The notes: a model not told the origin generated them from the letters alone. Shown: positions 1 to 10,392, counted from the stretch's first letter. The stretch is 64,000 nucleotides of DNA from Octopus bimaculoides (GCF_001194135.2 NC_068988.1:4168738-4232737), one strand, 5' to 3'. Numbers and translations: made by a program.

Positions 1-1030
1 GGAAGCACCCTCCAGGAATCACTAAGGATTCTATGTCTTTTACTTTTTTTTCCGTAAAAATGTATCCATATTTTGTTTTTAAATTTGGATATTTTCCTCT
101 GTTCAGGATGAATACATTTTAGCAGAGATAGCTTGTCTGTTGTAAACTATTTTAGCATGAAACTGCCATCAGTGCACATTTTTACTGCTAAGTAGACATA
201 GCAGAATAAGCCTTATGTAAATAAATGTTGTGATACTTTAATTGTTCAAACTGCTGCATAGGGAGATTTCATTAAACATTTATACAACTTCAGATATTAA
301 ACTTATCTGGAAAATCAGAACTGTCATTTCTAGGAAACAAATATGACAAAAAAAAAAGAGACGTAAGAAGGAAATTAAACAGATTTAATACTGATTTCAA
401 AATTCCAGTCGTGTTCTATATAAATTGATATTTTAAAATATTTATTGATACGCCACAAACATCAAAGGAGTGGGAAAACATTTAAATGAAACATATTCCT
501 ATATTTTGATAATGTTGATAATGAGGATGATGAAGATGGCAATGATGGTGATAAACAAGAAGCATAACGAGTGAGAGGAGATTTAAGTTAGATGCGAAAA
601 ATAAATTATTTAACTTCAAATATTACTATTTTGAATCAGAAAAGATAAAGTTTTTAATTTTACTTTGAAATCCAAAAATGACCACACCATTCTAATAGAT
701 ATTGACAGAGTGTTCAATAATCTGTTATCAGGACTTTTCTCCTATTTTTTTCCTCATAATTATGGCTTTCTGTTAACAGGAAACTACATTGGAAACAAGA
801 ATGATATACTAGAATTATTTCTATGGAATTATTGAAAGAAATTTAATTAAAATGAACAATGAATCAGGATTAGGTAATTTTAATTCTTGGATTTCTTCCT
901 GGGTAATCAGTATATAAAGACAAAAGATGGGTGTCGTTCTTGTCTTTGAATAAACCCTGAATGACAATGGAAACACTTTATTGTAAAAACATAGATATAT
1001 ATATAAATATATATATACAATATAAATACA

Positions 1031-1259
1031 TTATTTACATTATTTACATTTGACGGATATTTGTCCTCATCTTTGTTGTTAACACAATGTTTCGGCTGAT
1101 ATACCCTCCAGCCTTCGTCAGGTGTCTTGGGGAATATCAGGAGGGTATATCAGCCGAAACGTTGTGTTAACAATAAACAAGATGAGGACAAATATCCGTC
1201 AAATGTAAATAATGTAAATAATGTAAATAATTCCTCATCTCTTAAATATAGAACTGTAT
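1031..1259. mobile_element. Fold-back (inverted) insertion of a Penelope-like pseudo-LTR end, with candidate 12-bp target-site duplication
   Basis: Arms 1031-1109 and 1140-1221 are reverse complements with about 1-2 substitutions and a 3-nt indel, around a 30-nt spacer. The right arm continues into TTCCTCATCTCTTAAATATAGAACTGT. AATATAAATACA flanks both sides (1019-1030, 1260-1271). It carries a hammerhead core. Inverted pLTR arrangements are a known PLE insertion structure. Confidence 0.7.
1081..1126 (-). ncRNA. Minimal type I hammerhead ribozyme motif
   Basis: Minus strand reads GACAC-CTGACGA-A-GGCTG-GAGGGTATAT-CAGCC-GAAA-C-AT-T-GTGTT. Helix I is GACAC/GTGTT, helix II is GGCTG/CAGCC, and both core boxes are intact. 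Helix III is AACATT, whereas the half-copy on the other arm (1158-1163) has the palindrome AACGTT. Confidence 0.7.
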
Positions 1260-1283
1260 AATATAAATACAGTTAGATAAGGT

Positions 1284-1360
1284 CAGTTTATGGGATTACC
1301 CTGGGTTTCATGTCCATAGAGAGCTAAGCTTTACGGTGTATCATCAGATGGCAAAACCTG
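1284..1360 (-). ncRNA. Type I hammerhead ribozyme motif in the 3' end of the adjacent Penelope-like element
   Basis: Minus strand reads CAGGTTTTGCCAT-CTGATGA-(31-nt imperfect hairpin)-GAAA-CCCAGGGT-A-ATCCCATAAACTG. The core is intact, helix III is the near-palindrome ACCC-A-GGGT, and the triplet is GUA. Helices I and II are partly eroded. It lies just downstream of the GIY-YIG remnant in the same orientation. Confidence 0.6.
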
Positions 1361-2176
1361 TTGTCTTAAGGCTTCTCTAAAATATGGAGGAAGAAAGGAC
1401 CTCGCAACTCAATGTCAACAACAGAGGATTGTCTCCCTTTAGTTACCTGTTATCTTTGGTGAACCTGTTATCTTGTGGGTTCCAATACACCAGCAGGAGT
1501 TTCCTGAAATGCAAGCATGTTCCAGAGACCTCTGTTCTAGAGCTATTAGGGTCAGCCAGCACCTTAGCTTCATAGATGACTCTCTTGGTTTTGCAGTTAC
1601 CTCTCACTGGGCATCTGTTGTGGTCTCTGCTTGCGCATCCTGCCTCTACTTGTGGTCTAGGGGTGCTAACTAGAATACTCTCAATATTGGGGGCACAGCT
1701 AAAAGAGACCCTAAGGTTGTGCTTGCTGAAAATGCGTGCATACCTATGTGAATGTGTGAAATGTTTATCTATTAACTTAAGGAATATCCTACTTAGAGAC
1801 ACTTCTATGTTAAGAGAGAAGTGATAGTGGTGGTGGTGGTGATGGGGGGGGGGGCTAACCAAATGATATTTCTGTGACACTTCCTTCTATGGATGTTGGG
1901 GCCCGGCATGTAGGAGATGCGGTTCTTAAATCCACTAGCAGGTAAGGCCTCATTATAATTGGGGGTTGCTGCATCAAAAATCTCTTGGTTGGAGGAAAGG
2001 TTCATGATCCTCTTGCTAACACCCTTCACCAGGTTTTTGAACACAATGGGTGGGTGACAGGAGGCTGTGTTGATGTACGCTAACCTCTCATTTGGCTTAG
2101 GGTACGGCCTGTATCTACCAGAGCCTAAGACATCCACAGTGACGAGATTTGTCTCGATAGTAATTTTCAGTTCCAT
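1284..2176 (-). mobile_element. Decayed Penelope-like retroelement (RT thumb, Cys-rich linker, GIY-YIG endonuclease remnant, 3' hammerhead)
   Basis: ORF 2176-1805 (YRPYPKPNERLAYINTASCHPP...RNIIW) and ORF 1880-1443 (IFLKLIDKHF...RVSFSCAPN...CASRDHNRCPVRGNC...VIYEA) match the PLE RT C-terminus, a CxCx5Cx5C-type linker with one Cys changed to Ser (AGC vs TGC), and the first GIY-YIG motif. A frameshift occurs at a C/CAC tract. The order is RT then EN; clade (Nematis/Hydra-like?) needs a phylogeny. Confidence 0.85.
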
Positions 2177-2335
2177 AGAGATTTTTGATGCAACATCCCC
2201 CTACTATAACAAGGCCTTAGCTGCTAGGACATTTAGGGACTGCATCTCTTATATGCTGGGCCCCAACATCCATAGAAGGAAGAGTCGCAGAAATATCATT
2301 TGACTTGTTCCCAACCCCACTACTACCAACACCAT
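2177..2335 (+). mobile_element. Inverted partial copy of the same PLE segment
   Basis: 2177-2301 aligns ungapped to the reverse complement of 1861-1985 with 18 mismatches in 125 nt by hand count (about 86%). It translates as EIFDATSPYYNKAL...RRKSRRNII. Confidence 0.8.
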
Positions 2336-3210
2336 GTGTGGAAGCAAAACTTGAAATCAAAGGGCTTTAAGGTTAACTTAGTCAAGACTAAGGTTCTAGT
2401 TAGTAAGGAAACTGACAGAATCCTTCCCGTATCAGCTAAACGACCCTGCTCAATATGTAGGTAAGTTGTAGGCAGGAATTCCATATAGTGTACCCAGTGC
2501 AAGCTATGGTCACACAAAAGGTGCAGTGGAATAATAGAAAGACGATCAAGGAAGTAGTGTTTTTATGTGGAAGATGCACAGGAGCCATAAAACCTACAGA
2601 TAGTCAGGAAATTGATTTTCTCAAATGCTCCAGCTGGTCTTTAGAGGTAATGGATCATTTCTGCTACCTAGGGGACCTACTTAGCAGTAGAAAAGGATGT
2701 AATTGCTACAATAAGAATAGGATGGTGAAAATTCAAAGAGCTTTTACCTCTGTTGGCAATCAAAGGTCTCTCTCTCTTTCCAAGTGAAAGGAAGATTGCA
2801 TGATGCAGGTACATGAATAGCAATGCTACATGGTAGTGAGACATGGGCCCTGAATGCAGAAGGTATGTAAAGGTTAGAGAGGAATGAAGCTAGTATGTTC
2901 TGCTGGACGTGCACTGTCAGTGCACATGTGCAACAGAGCACCAATGTATCAAGAGAAAAGTCAAGCATAAAAGGAATAAGATGCAGTGTGCAAGAGATTG
3001 ATAGTGGTGTTGGTGCCACATTAAAAGCACCGGTTCTGGCACTACATATAAACTACTCAGTAAACCCTGTAAAGTAATTGGTGTTAAGAGAGGTATCCAG
3101 CCATACAAATCATGCCAGAACAGACAATGGAGCCTGGTGTGCCCCCCNNNNNNNNNNTCCCGTTAAGCCATCCATCACATGCTTGCATGGAAAACAGACA
3201 TTAAATGATG
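2336..3210 (+). mobile_element. RTE/RTE-X-type LINE 3' fragment (RT C-terminal part with PHD-type finger, internal deletion, 3' UTR ending in (GAT)n)
   Basis: Broken frames read WKQNLKSKG.KVNLVKTKVLV, PCSIC..CTQCKLWSHKRC..FLCGRC, LEVMDHFCYLGDLLS, AMLHGSETWAL and REK..IKGIRCSVQE. These are followed by the GCATGGAAAACAGACATTAAATGATGAT tail. There are multiple stops and frameshifts. Confidence 0.85.
3148..3157. other. Assembly gap (10 N)
   Basis: N-run. Confidence 1.
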
Positions 3211-3234
3211 ATGATGATGATGATGATGATGATT

Positions 3235-3290
<56 letters not shown>

Positions 3291-4816
3291 ATACATACAC
3301 ACAAACACATATAGCATTAGATTGTTCTTAATATTAAAATATTTCCATTATTCACGAAGTGAAAGAAAATAGTTCAAAATATGATTAAAAGGACAAGAAA
3401 GATGCCAAATAAATACTTTTGAGATTCTCAAAGTGGTGGCCATAACCTGGGAAGATTTTATATTTGTGAATTAAGTTCTTTAAATTGTGCCATCTTTCAA
3501 TCAACAAAGCAGATTAATAGTCAGCTTAAGAACTGAAGAAATATAAGAATAATTACAAGATATTTTTCAAAAAATAATCGGTTGGGATTTAGAACAATAA
3601 ATTTCAGATTTTATTAAAACATGTCAAAATTTTTACCTCATGTCATAAGAATAAAAGATATGAAAGAAAGTATAGTCTGTAGATGATATTTTCTATTGTT
3701 GATTCTATGAGGAGATGATTTTATATCTGACAATAACATTTCATTCAATTGTTTGCTCCTTCGAGCAAAGATATTGCCTTTAATTTCATATAATTATTCA
3801 TGGAAGCTGAAAGAATATAATTAGAACAGAAATGTTTTTAATGATACAGATGAATAATTTTACATTTATTATCCACAAAGACACATTATAAGCGATAGAA
3901 GAGTATTCCCCTTTCTTCATCTTCATTAGGGATTTCAGTAGAAGGTTTAGGCAAAATTGTGACAACTATTAATTTTTGATATGAAATGATTTTTTTTTCT
4001 TCTCTACAGGTAACATAATGATAAAATGTTGAGACAGTTTATTCTATTCTTAGTCTTTTTTCATTCAAACCCATTATTTTGTGCTGTTGCTTTTCAATTC
4101 ATTTCCCCTAATTATGTATTTTGGTCCTGTTTTCCAAAATATATTTCTTCAGTAATTAGTCTGTCTTGATTAGAAATTTATGACACATTTCTGAATCTAC
4201 ACCACAACAAATAAAAGCCTTAAGACCCAAACAATTAAAATATAATCAATAAAGGCAAAAAAAAAAAGGAAAGTTTCTGGAATTTGTGATATGTGGACAG
4301 ACGAACCAAAGAATTTTGTCCTTGAAATGTGTTAAAAACGTTTTGAGTGATGATTATTAAGAACACTTGAGATATCAATTATGTTCTCTTTGATAGACAT
4401 GACCTTCAGAAGTAAACACAATTTGATAACTGCTGTACAATAAAACACGACTCAGTGACAGTTAGACATTACTAATGAGCAGACATGATCAAAAATGCAT
4501 ATAAAAGGAAGAGCTGGATGAGACTGTGGAGTCGAACAAATCGAAGTTAGTAGATAGAGATCCAAGAGGAACCAAGTGCAAGCGTGTTATCACTTATTTA
4601 GAAGTGTAAGTGATGAAAGGGTAAAAACTGATAGAGAATAGCTGTACTGAAGTACACGTTTTGTGAGTACAAGAAAGGTGACAAATGCTGGGTTAAATCA
4701 GTAAGATTAAGAAGAAAGATAAATGCTTCTGCAGATGACAAAAAATAATTCTGACGATGGTGAGGATAATGATTGTAACAAGAAGACAACAAACATATTG
4801 ACAGTATCGGCTTGTT

Positions 4817-4817
4817 G

Positions 4818-4871
<54 letters not shown>

Positions 4872-4908
4872 CGATGACGATGATGATGATGACGACGACG
4901 ACGATGAT
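4817..4908 (+). repeat. (GAT/GAC)n microsatellite
   Basis: Direct reading; it explains the poly-D, poly-M and poly-I ORFs here. Confidence 0.95.
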
Positions 4909-5288
4909 GCTGATAGGAAAAGGAATTTTAAAATTCTGCTTGATCTTTATTTGTTTCAAAGTTGCAACTTTTGTAACTAAAGGGTTGTTTAAGGTCATCG
5001 TTATGTCATAAAGATATCACAAAGAGATAATAACAGAATTGTCTTGGTGAAGAGAATTGCTCTCCAGGAAGAAAAGAGGAAAACCATCATTAACGACAAA
5101 ACATTTAAAGAGAAGAAGACAAAGAAACAAACCACCAGAAGAGAAAGGAAACCAAGCGAATACAATGCATCTTTATTAGTTATTAGTGACATGTTTAAAT
5201 ATTTTTCTTCTTCGCTGTCATTCATAAATGTGTATGACTTGGTAACAGGAAATAATTTTTTAGTGCCAAATACAATGAAGAAACTTCA

Positions 5289-5420
5289 TCAATGATGTTT
5301 TAGTGCTTCATGTGAATGTAGACCAAAAGTACTGGCACATTCCTGGCCACAGATGTGGTAGAAAGATTTTGGTAGATTTGTTATAATGAATCTTACACTC
5401 GCTTTTCTGCTCATTTTTTT
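5289..5420 (-). mobile_element. Possible RTE LINE C-terminal zinc-finger relic
   Basis: FYHICGQECASTFGLHSHEALKHH* resembles the C-terminal CxxC...GLxSH motif of RTE ORFs, but the first Cys is missing and the match is short. Confidence 0.3.
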
Positions 5421-5904
5421 TCTTGTTTCATCTATGTGGCAGTTATTCCTTCCTTTAGAGTTCTTCACCATTGTTTGCCGTTTGTATACCATGTGTGTTT
5501 TTCCAGTTTCTATCTACCAAATTTTCCTGACAAGGAATTAGTGAACTTGTGGCAAAAGTAGAGGACACCAGACAATACCATCATCATGTGCTTCCAAAGT
5601 TTACTGCTTCACCATACAGTCAAAAAGACCTCCTGCGTCCATGAATAGTTCTCTTATACCAATCATATTTGAGTTTTGTCAAATTGTAAATGCCCAACAA
5701 AATTCTCTGAGAGAATAAACAGTTTTGGCTATGTAAAGAATGAGATTATGATGTCATGAAAGTTTATTTTATTTCATAAATCCATTAATCCTATTAGGTC
5801 ACTGAGGCACCATTAAAGAATCATTCTTTATGGAATAATTCAAGAGAAAAGAGGTCAGTGATTTCTCATTCCTTTCTCAGATGTCAGTGCATGTTAATGA
5901 AATA

Positions 5905-6119
5905 TTAGCTTCAAAATTTGGTACAAGACCAACTATTTCAGGTGAGAGGTAAGTCAATTACATCAACCTCAGTGCTTAACTGGCACTTAGTATATCGACC
6001 TCGAAAGGATGAAAAGCAAATCTGACCTCAGTGGGATTTGAACTCAGAATGCAAAGCTGGATGAAAAGCTGCAAAACATTTTGCTCAGCTTGCTAACAGT
6101 TCTGCTACCTCACCATCTT
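5905..6119 (-). mobile_element. SINE family B (about 215 bp, tRNA-derived head with B-box GAGTTCAAAT and a conserved CTTTCATCCTTTCGGGGTCGAT-type core)
   Basis: Homologous over its length to the copies at 28373, 47281 and 54923. The core resembles the Nin/Deu-type conserved SINE domain (from memory). Confidence 0.8.
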
Positions 6120-7171
6120 GCATTGATGATACAATAGCTAACATCAAAGTGCTGTCAAATTTGTAGTCTTTCAGTCTTTCTCAAGAGAATAGATTAATAC
6201 CTATGACCTCATTATAACCTTCTAGACTGATAATGCTGATAAGACTGAAGTTTAGTTTGATTATCTGGAGGTTAGTAGCTGTAGGAAAACGAAAAGATGT
6301 GTGTGGAGAGCATCTGAAAGGTTTTGGAATAGAATGATTTAGCAAAGTGTTTTGTAGCAGTATCTGAGTGGTGGGATGCAGAAAGGGGAGACGGCCCCGT
6401 AGATTCGGCCTGAGCACAAGAAATACACAGCTACCTTTCAGAGAATGAGTAACTATTGAGAGTGAACAAACTGAGCTAATCAGGGTTGTGTGTGCTATGT
6501 CCCATGAACACACTGCAATGATGAGGAGTAGAATGTGAAGTTTCAACCTCTTGGCTGATAATTGAATGCATAGTCACTTTTATCGTTTGTACTTTCATTA
6601 AAAGTTACAGTCAATTGGGAAACAGGATCTGTAAAGAATATAATGTACTTTTGATGGGTACAGATCAAGGAACAATACATACCAAGGAGAAGTGTAATTT
6701 GAAGCGACATTCCAGATTACCAACAAGTGTCTTCTGCAGGAATATGAATTTCCCTTCTCTTATACAAAATCCTTTCAGAATTTATTTAACAGGTTCGCTA
6801 CAGATTATTACCATGTTAGTATTTGTGCATGAAATGATGCATTATAATTTCCAGGTAGTACAAGTTCTGATATTGTGATATCTTCTTGCTCAGTGTCTTC
6901 AGCTGCAATGTGGCTTATAGTAGAAGTAGAATGGTAAAGGAATATGATATTGGCCTAATGGATCATGTGTCTTCAATTCAAATCCTTTGCATTTCACTTG
7001 ATAGTGTGTTTGGACAGTATACTTAATATTTCGTACATTAGTTTTCCTAGCTGTCACAATCAGAATCTTATTGGGGCTAGACATGTATCATATTGAAGAG
7101 GAAGCTTATCACTCATTTCCTTTAAGTCATAAGCACTGGGCTTAAGAGACATTTGCATAATTTCTGTGGTA

Positions 7172-7212
<41 letters not shown>

Positions 7213-7578
7213 GTCTGAAATATTTCACTTCATTATTGAAGCAATTTGTTTCCTTTAAGATGAAAATTCCTTATAAAAAGGCATAAAGACCATAATATCC
7301 ATTTCCTCCATTCTTATAAATACAGGGTTTGGGGTGGGCAGTTCAAAAGAAATAATGTCTATGAAATTAATATTTCATCAGATTCTCTGAGGGACCTGTT
7401 TTGTTACCAAAAACATCATAATAATGCGGCTGCCCACCAACAAACAAGAGTTAAGGGCTGCAATTCTATATCCATAAGAGTTCAATTGATAAGCCTTGTG
7501 ATCATATCTTATTTCAGAGGGTCTCTCTCTCTTCCTCTCTTGTCTGCTTCTCACCCATTCTATTGGTCTACCTATTCG

Positions 7579-7582
<4 letters not shown>

Positions 7583-7630
<48 letters not shown>
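7583..7630 (+). repeat. (TG)n microsatellite
   Basis: Direct reading. Confidence 0.95.
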
Positions 7631-7631
<1 letters not shown>

Positions 7632-8003
7632 ATGCGCACATGCCTCTCTATCAATATGTCTATCAGTCTGTCTGTCTGTCTGTCTGTCTGAGTCTCCCAG
7701 GCTGCCATATCTGTCTGCTTCTTTGTCCTGATGGGTCTCAACCTACTTTAAACAATAATTTCCCCTAAGGTCCCATAAAAATAGAATAAAGATATGCTTA
7801 GATTAATAGCTTAATGGTTCTGGAAGGTTTATTCATTATATTTTTTTTTTGTATTTTTATTGTTTCTAACAATGTCCTTATGCAACAAAATCATGATTGT
7901 TTCACTGAAAATTAATGATCTATATAGACTGCTTTTATTACTCCCTAATATTTACAGAATTCATCTTTATATTATTCTCCCATTTTATTGTCTTTTATTT
8001 ATT

Positions 8004-8052
<49 letters not shown>

Positions 8053-8896
8053 CACATCACATCACATCACATACTCATCTATATACACAAATACATGTAT
8101 ATACGTACAAAACCCTCCCTATACATGTGTGTTCATATATGTTTATGTGTATATAGTTATTTTTTTTATGGGGGTGAAAAAAAAAAATGAAGAAATAGAT
8201 TGAAAGAAAAATTTCAAGAGGTATTTGAGGTAAATTGAATGTTCTTGGAATTTTCCCAAACCATTAATTATAGAAATATTGCTTGAACTTGCTTGAGTTT
8301 AATACATTTTTTATGACCTCATTATGTTTAACAAGAGATGTTTCTCACAATGGGATGAACCATTTCAATAGACAGAAAACTTTCACAGAATTTTCTTCCA
8401 TTTCCCCTCTACTCAGTTTAAGAACAGGATATTCATTATATAAACTTTTTTTTTATATCTGTAGACTTTGGATTTCTTTCATATTATGAACTGTGAATTT
8501 TACGGTAGATTTTAAATCTATATTTCATGTGCCAACTATCTTACCATTATTCTTGTGTTTATTATTCTTGAATTGATAGGATGGTGGAGTGGCAGACGTA
8601 GTAGAGTGACAGCTAAATTGCCTTACAGTGCTTTAGTTACATCTCTTTACATTATGAGTTCAAATTCTGCTTCAAATTAACTTTGCTATTCATTTTCAAG
8701 CTAACAATAATAATCATTATCCTTGTTTTAACTTCTACCTATCCTGACGAAGGTCAAATGGGAGTATACTGAGGGCAGAGTTTTCTATGACTGGAAGTCC
8801 TTCCTGTTGCCAACCAACTCCCACTTGTTTCCAAGTAAGGGAATGATCTCCAATTCTATCAAACAACAAACAGCTTGGATATGTTTACATGGAGAA

Positions 8897-8973
8897 CCAG
8901 CCTTCATCAAGTGTCTTGGGGAAATTTTGAACCTGGATTTTCATTCCTAAGGTATTTTTCGGTGTTGTTGTTG

Positions 8974-9018
<45 letters not shown>

Positions 9019-9093
9019 TCACTGCTTGGAATCGAACTCAGAATCTTGAGGTTAGTAGGCTGCGCTCTTAACCACTATGCCATATGCTCATGG
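8897..9093 (-). mobile_element. Composite repeat: tRNA-like head, (AAT)n, then PLE-type end with the first half of a hammerhead
   Basis: Minus strand has A-box TGGCATAGTGG (9072-9082), B-box GTTCGATTCC (9028-9037) and (AAT)n, then ...CCCCAAGACAC-TTGATGA-AGGCTGG. This end matches 1108-1134 of the fold-back element. Confidence 0.7.
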
Positions 9094-9864
9094 GCAAATA
9101 ATGTAAATATTGTACATGGAACAAATGTCATGTGGCATTTAATTACATTTAGATTTCAAATCCCTGTGGCGTGAACTTTATTCAATAATGAACTTATTGT
9201 ATGCAGTTCTCAAGTGCATTACAACTCATCAGCAAAAGTAACCAAAACTGCATGAACAGTTCATAGAATATGCACAGGAGGTGAACAGTGAAAAAGTCTT
9301 TGAAAAGAAAAAGGAAGAAGAAGAAATGGTGAAGGGAAACACTAGGTGTATAGTTGGTGAATTTCAGGAAGTTTTGAAGGCCGAAGTGTCTCAACAGTTA
9401 AGAACTGAAGCGAGTCATTTATTCCATGCTTAAGCAATTCTGAGTATGAAAAAAATGTTTCCAAATATCATGCTGTGTTGTTTTTCTGATTTTGTAAACA
9501 TGTCCACAAGTGTTAGACTTGATCCTTCATCATTATAAAGTGAATGAAATAATACCAGCTATATATTGGAGTTCATTTAAAGAAGAATGCTCTTAAACAT
9601 AATGTCGTCAAAAATGTTAAAAATCACTGTTATTGTTAAGGGCCACAAACTGGAAAAACAGTATAGCATGAGTAAAAAACAAAAAAAAAAAAACCTTTTG
9701 ACATTCATTTGTTTTTCTCAGTTATGAGTTCAACTCCCATAAAGGGTTGATATGTTTTGCTTCTATAAAATAAGCTGTTATCTAATGATATTAACAGAAG
9801 TGACCAACAGCATTCTGATAGATTTCTGCTTTAATGTACAGCATTTGGAATTATCATTATTATC

Positions 9865-10040
9865 ATTGGCACTTTGTTTGTCTTTATGTTCTGAGTTCAA
9901 ACTCCACCAGGATCAACTTAGCCTTTCATCCCTCCAAGGTCAATAAATTAAGTACCAGTGAGACACTGAAGTTGATGTAATTAACTAGTCCCCTTCCCCA
10001 AATTTCAAGCCTTGTACCTTTAATAGAAAGGATTATTATT
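9865..10040 (+). mobile_element. SINE family B, 5'-truncated, with (ATT)n tail
   Basis: TTCTGAGTTCAAACTCC...CTTTCATCCC...AAGTACCAG...CCTTGTACCTTTAATAGAAAGGATTATT. Confidence 0.8.
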
Positions 10041-10054
10041 ATTACTATTATTAC

Positions 10055-10091
<37 letters not shown>

Positions 10092-10101
10092 GTCATTGTC
10101 G

Positions 10102-10132
<31 letters not shown>

Positions 10133-10143
10133 TATTATTATTA

Positions 10144-10392
10144 CCTTTGCACAGCTTCTAATGCTTGAGATGTATTACAGTGTCAGCTGTTCATTGCCAG
10201 TGAACTAAGGAGCATTCGGGCAGTTCCAAGCAGTGCTATTTTCTGCAAGTGCTCCACCCTTATTGCAGCCCCTATTTGTTCCATGTACTTCTCAAGGTTT
10301 TTACTCACTGTTCTCAGGGTTCCAACGATTATTGGTACTACTACCACCTTTTTCATCGATTACAACTGCTTAACCTCCCAAACTAACCTGTT
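10144..10392 (-). mobile_element. R4/Dong-clade LINE 3' end (tail of restriction-like endonuclease domain plus 3' UTR)
   Basis: Minus translation RLVWEVKQL*SMKKVVVVPIIVGTLRTVSKNLEKYMEQIGAAIRVEHLQKIALLGTARML matches the R4/Dong ORF C-terminus. It is flanked by (AAT)n on both sides. Confidence 0.75.

Noticed and set aside
1443-2176. Naiad-type selenoprotein PLE
   Set aside because: Naiads have an N-terminal endonuclease and lack canonical hammerheads. Here the order is RT then EN with a hammerhead, and I see no UGA at Cys positions and no room for a SECIS.
4693-5011. Poly-D, poly-M and poly-I ORFs
   Set aside because: Read-through of a (GAT)n microsatellite.
5044-5295. ORF with RERKPSEYN, reminiscent of HMG/YABBY-like motifs
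   Set aside because: The match is a few residues in purine-rich low-complexity sequence, with no supporting domain or splice structure.
6181-7090. ORFs 6181-6546, 6615-6878 and 6899-7084 as host genes
   Set aside because: No recognisable protein; faint RTE-like words (GRRPRRF, NVRNIKY) suggest very old LINE debris, too weak to annotate.
8740-8762. CTGACGAAGG half hammerhead core
   Set aside because: No helix II closure or GAAA follows; the sequence runs into another repeat.
9242-9433. 63-codon open frame rich in E and K
   Set aside because: No start codon or good acceptor; purine-rich composition explains the lack of stops.
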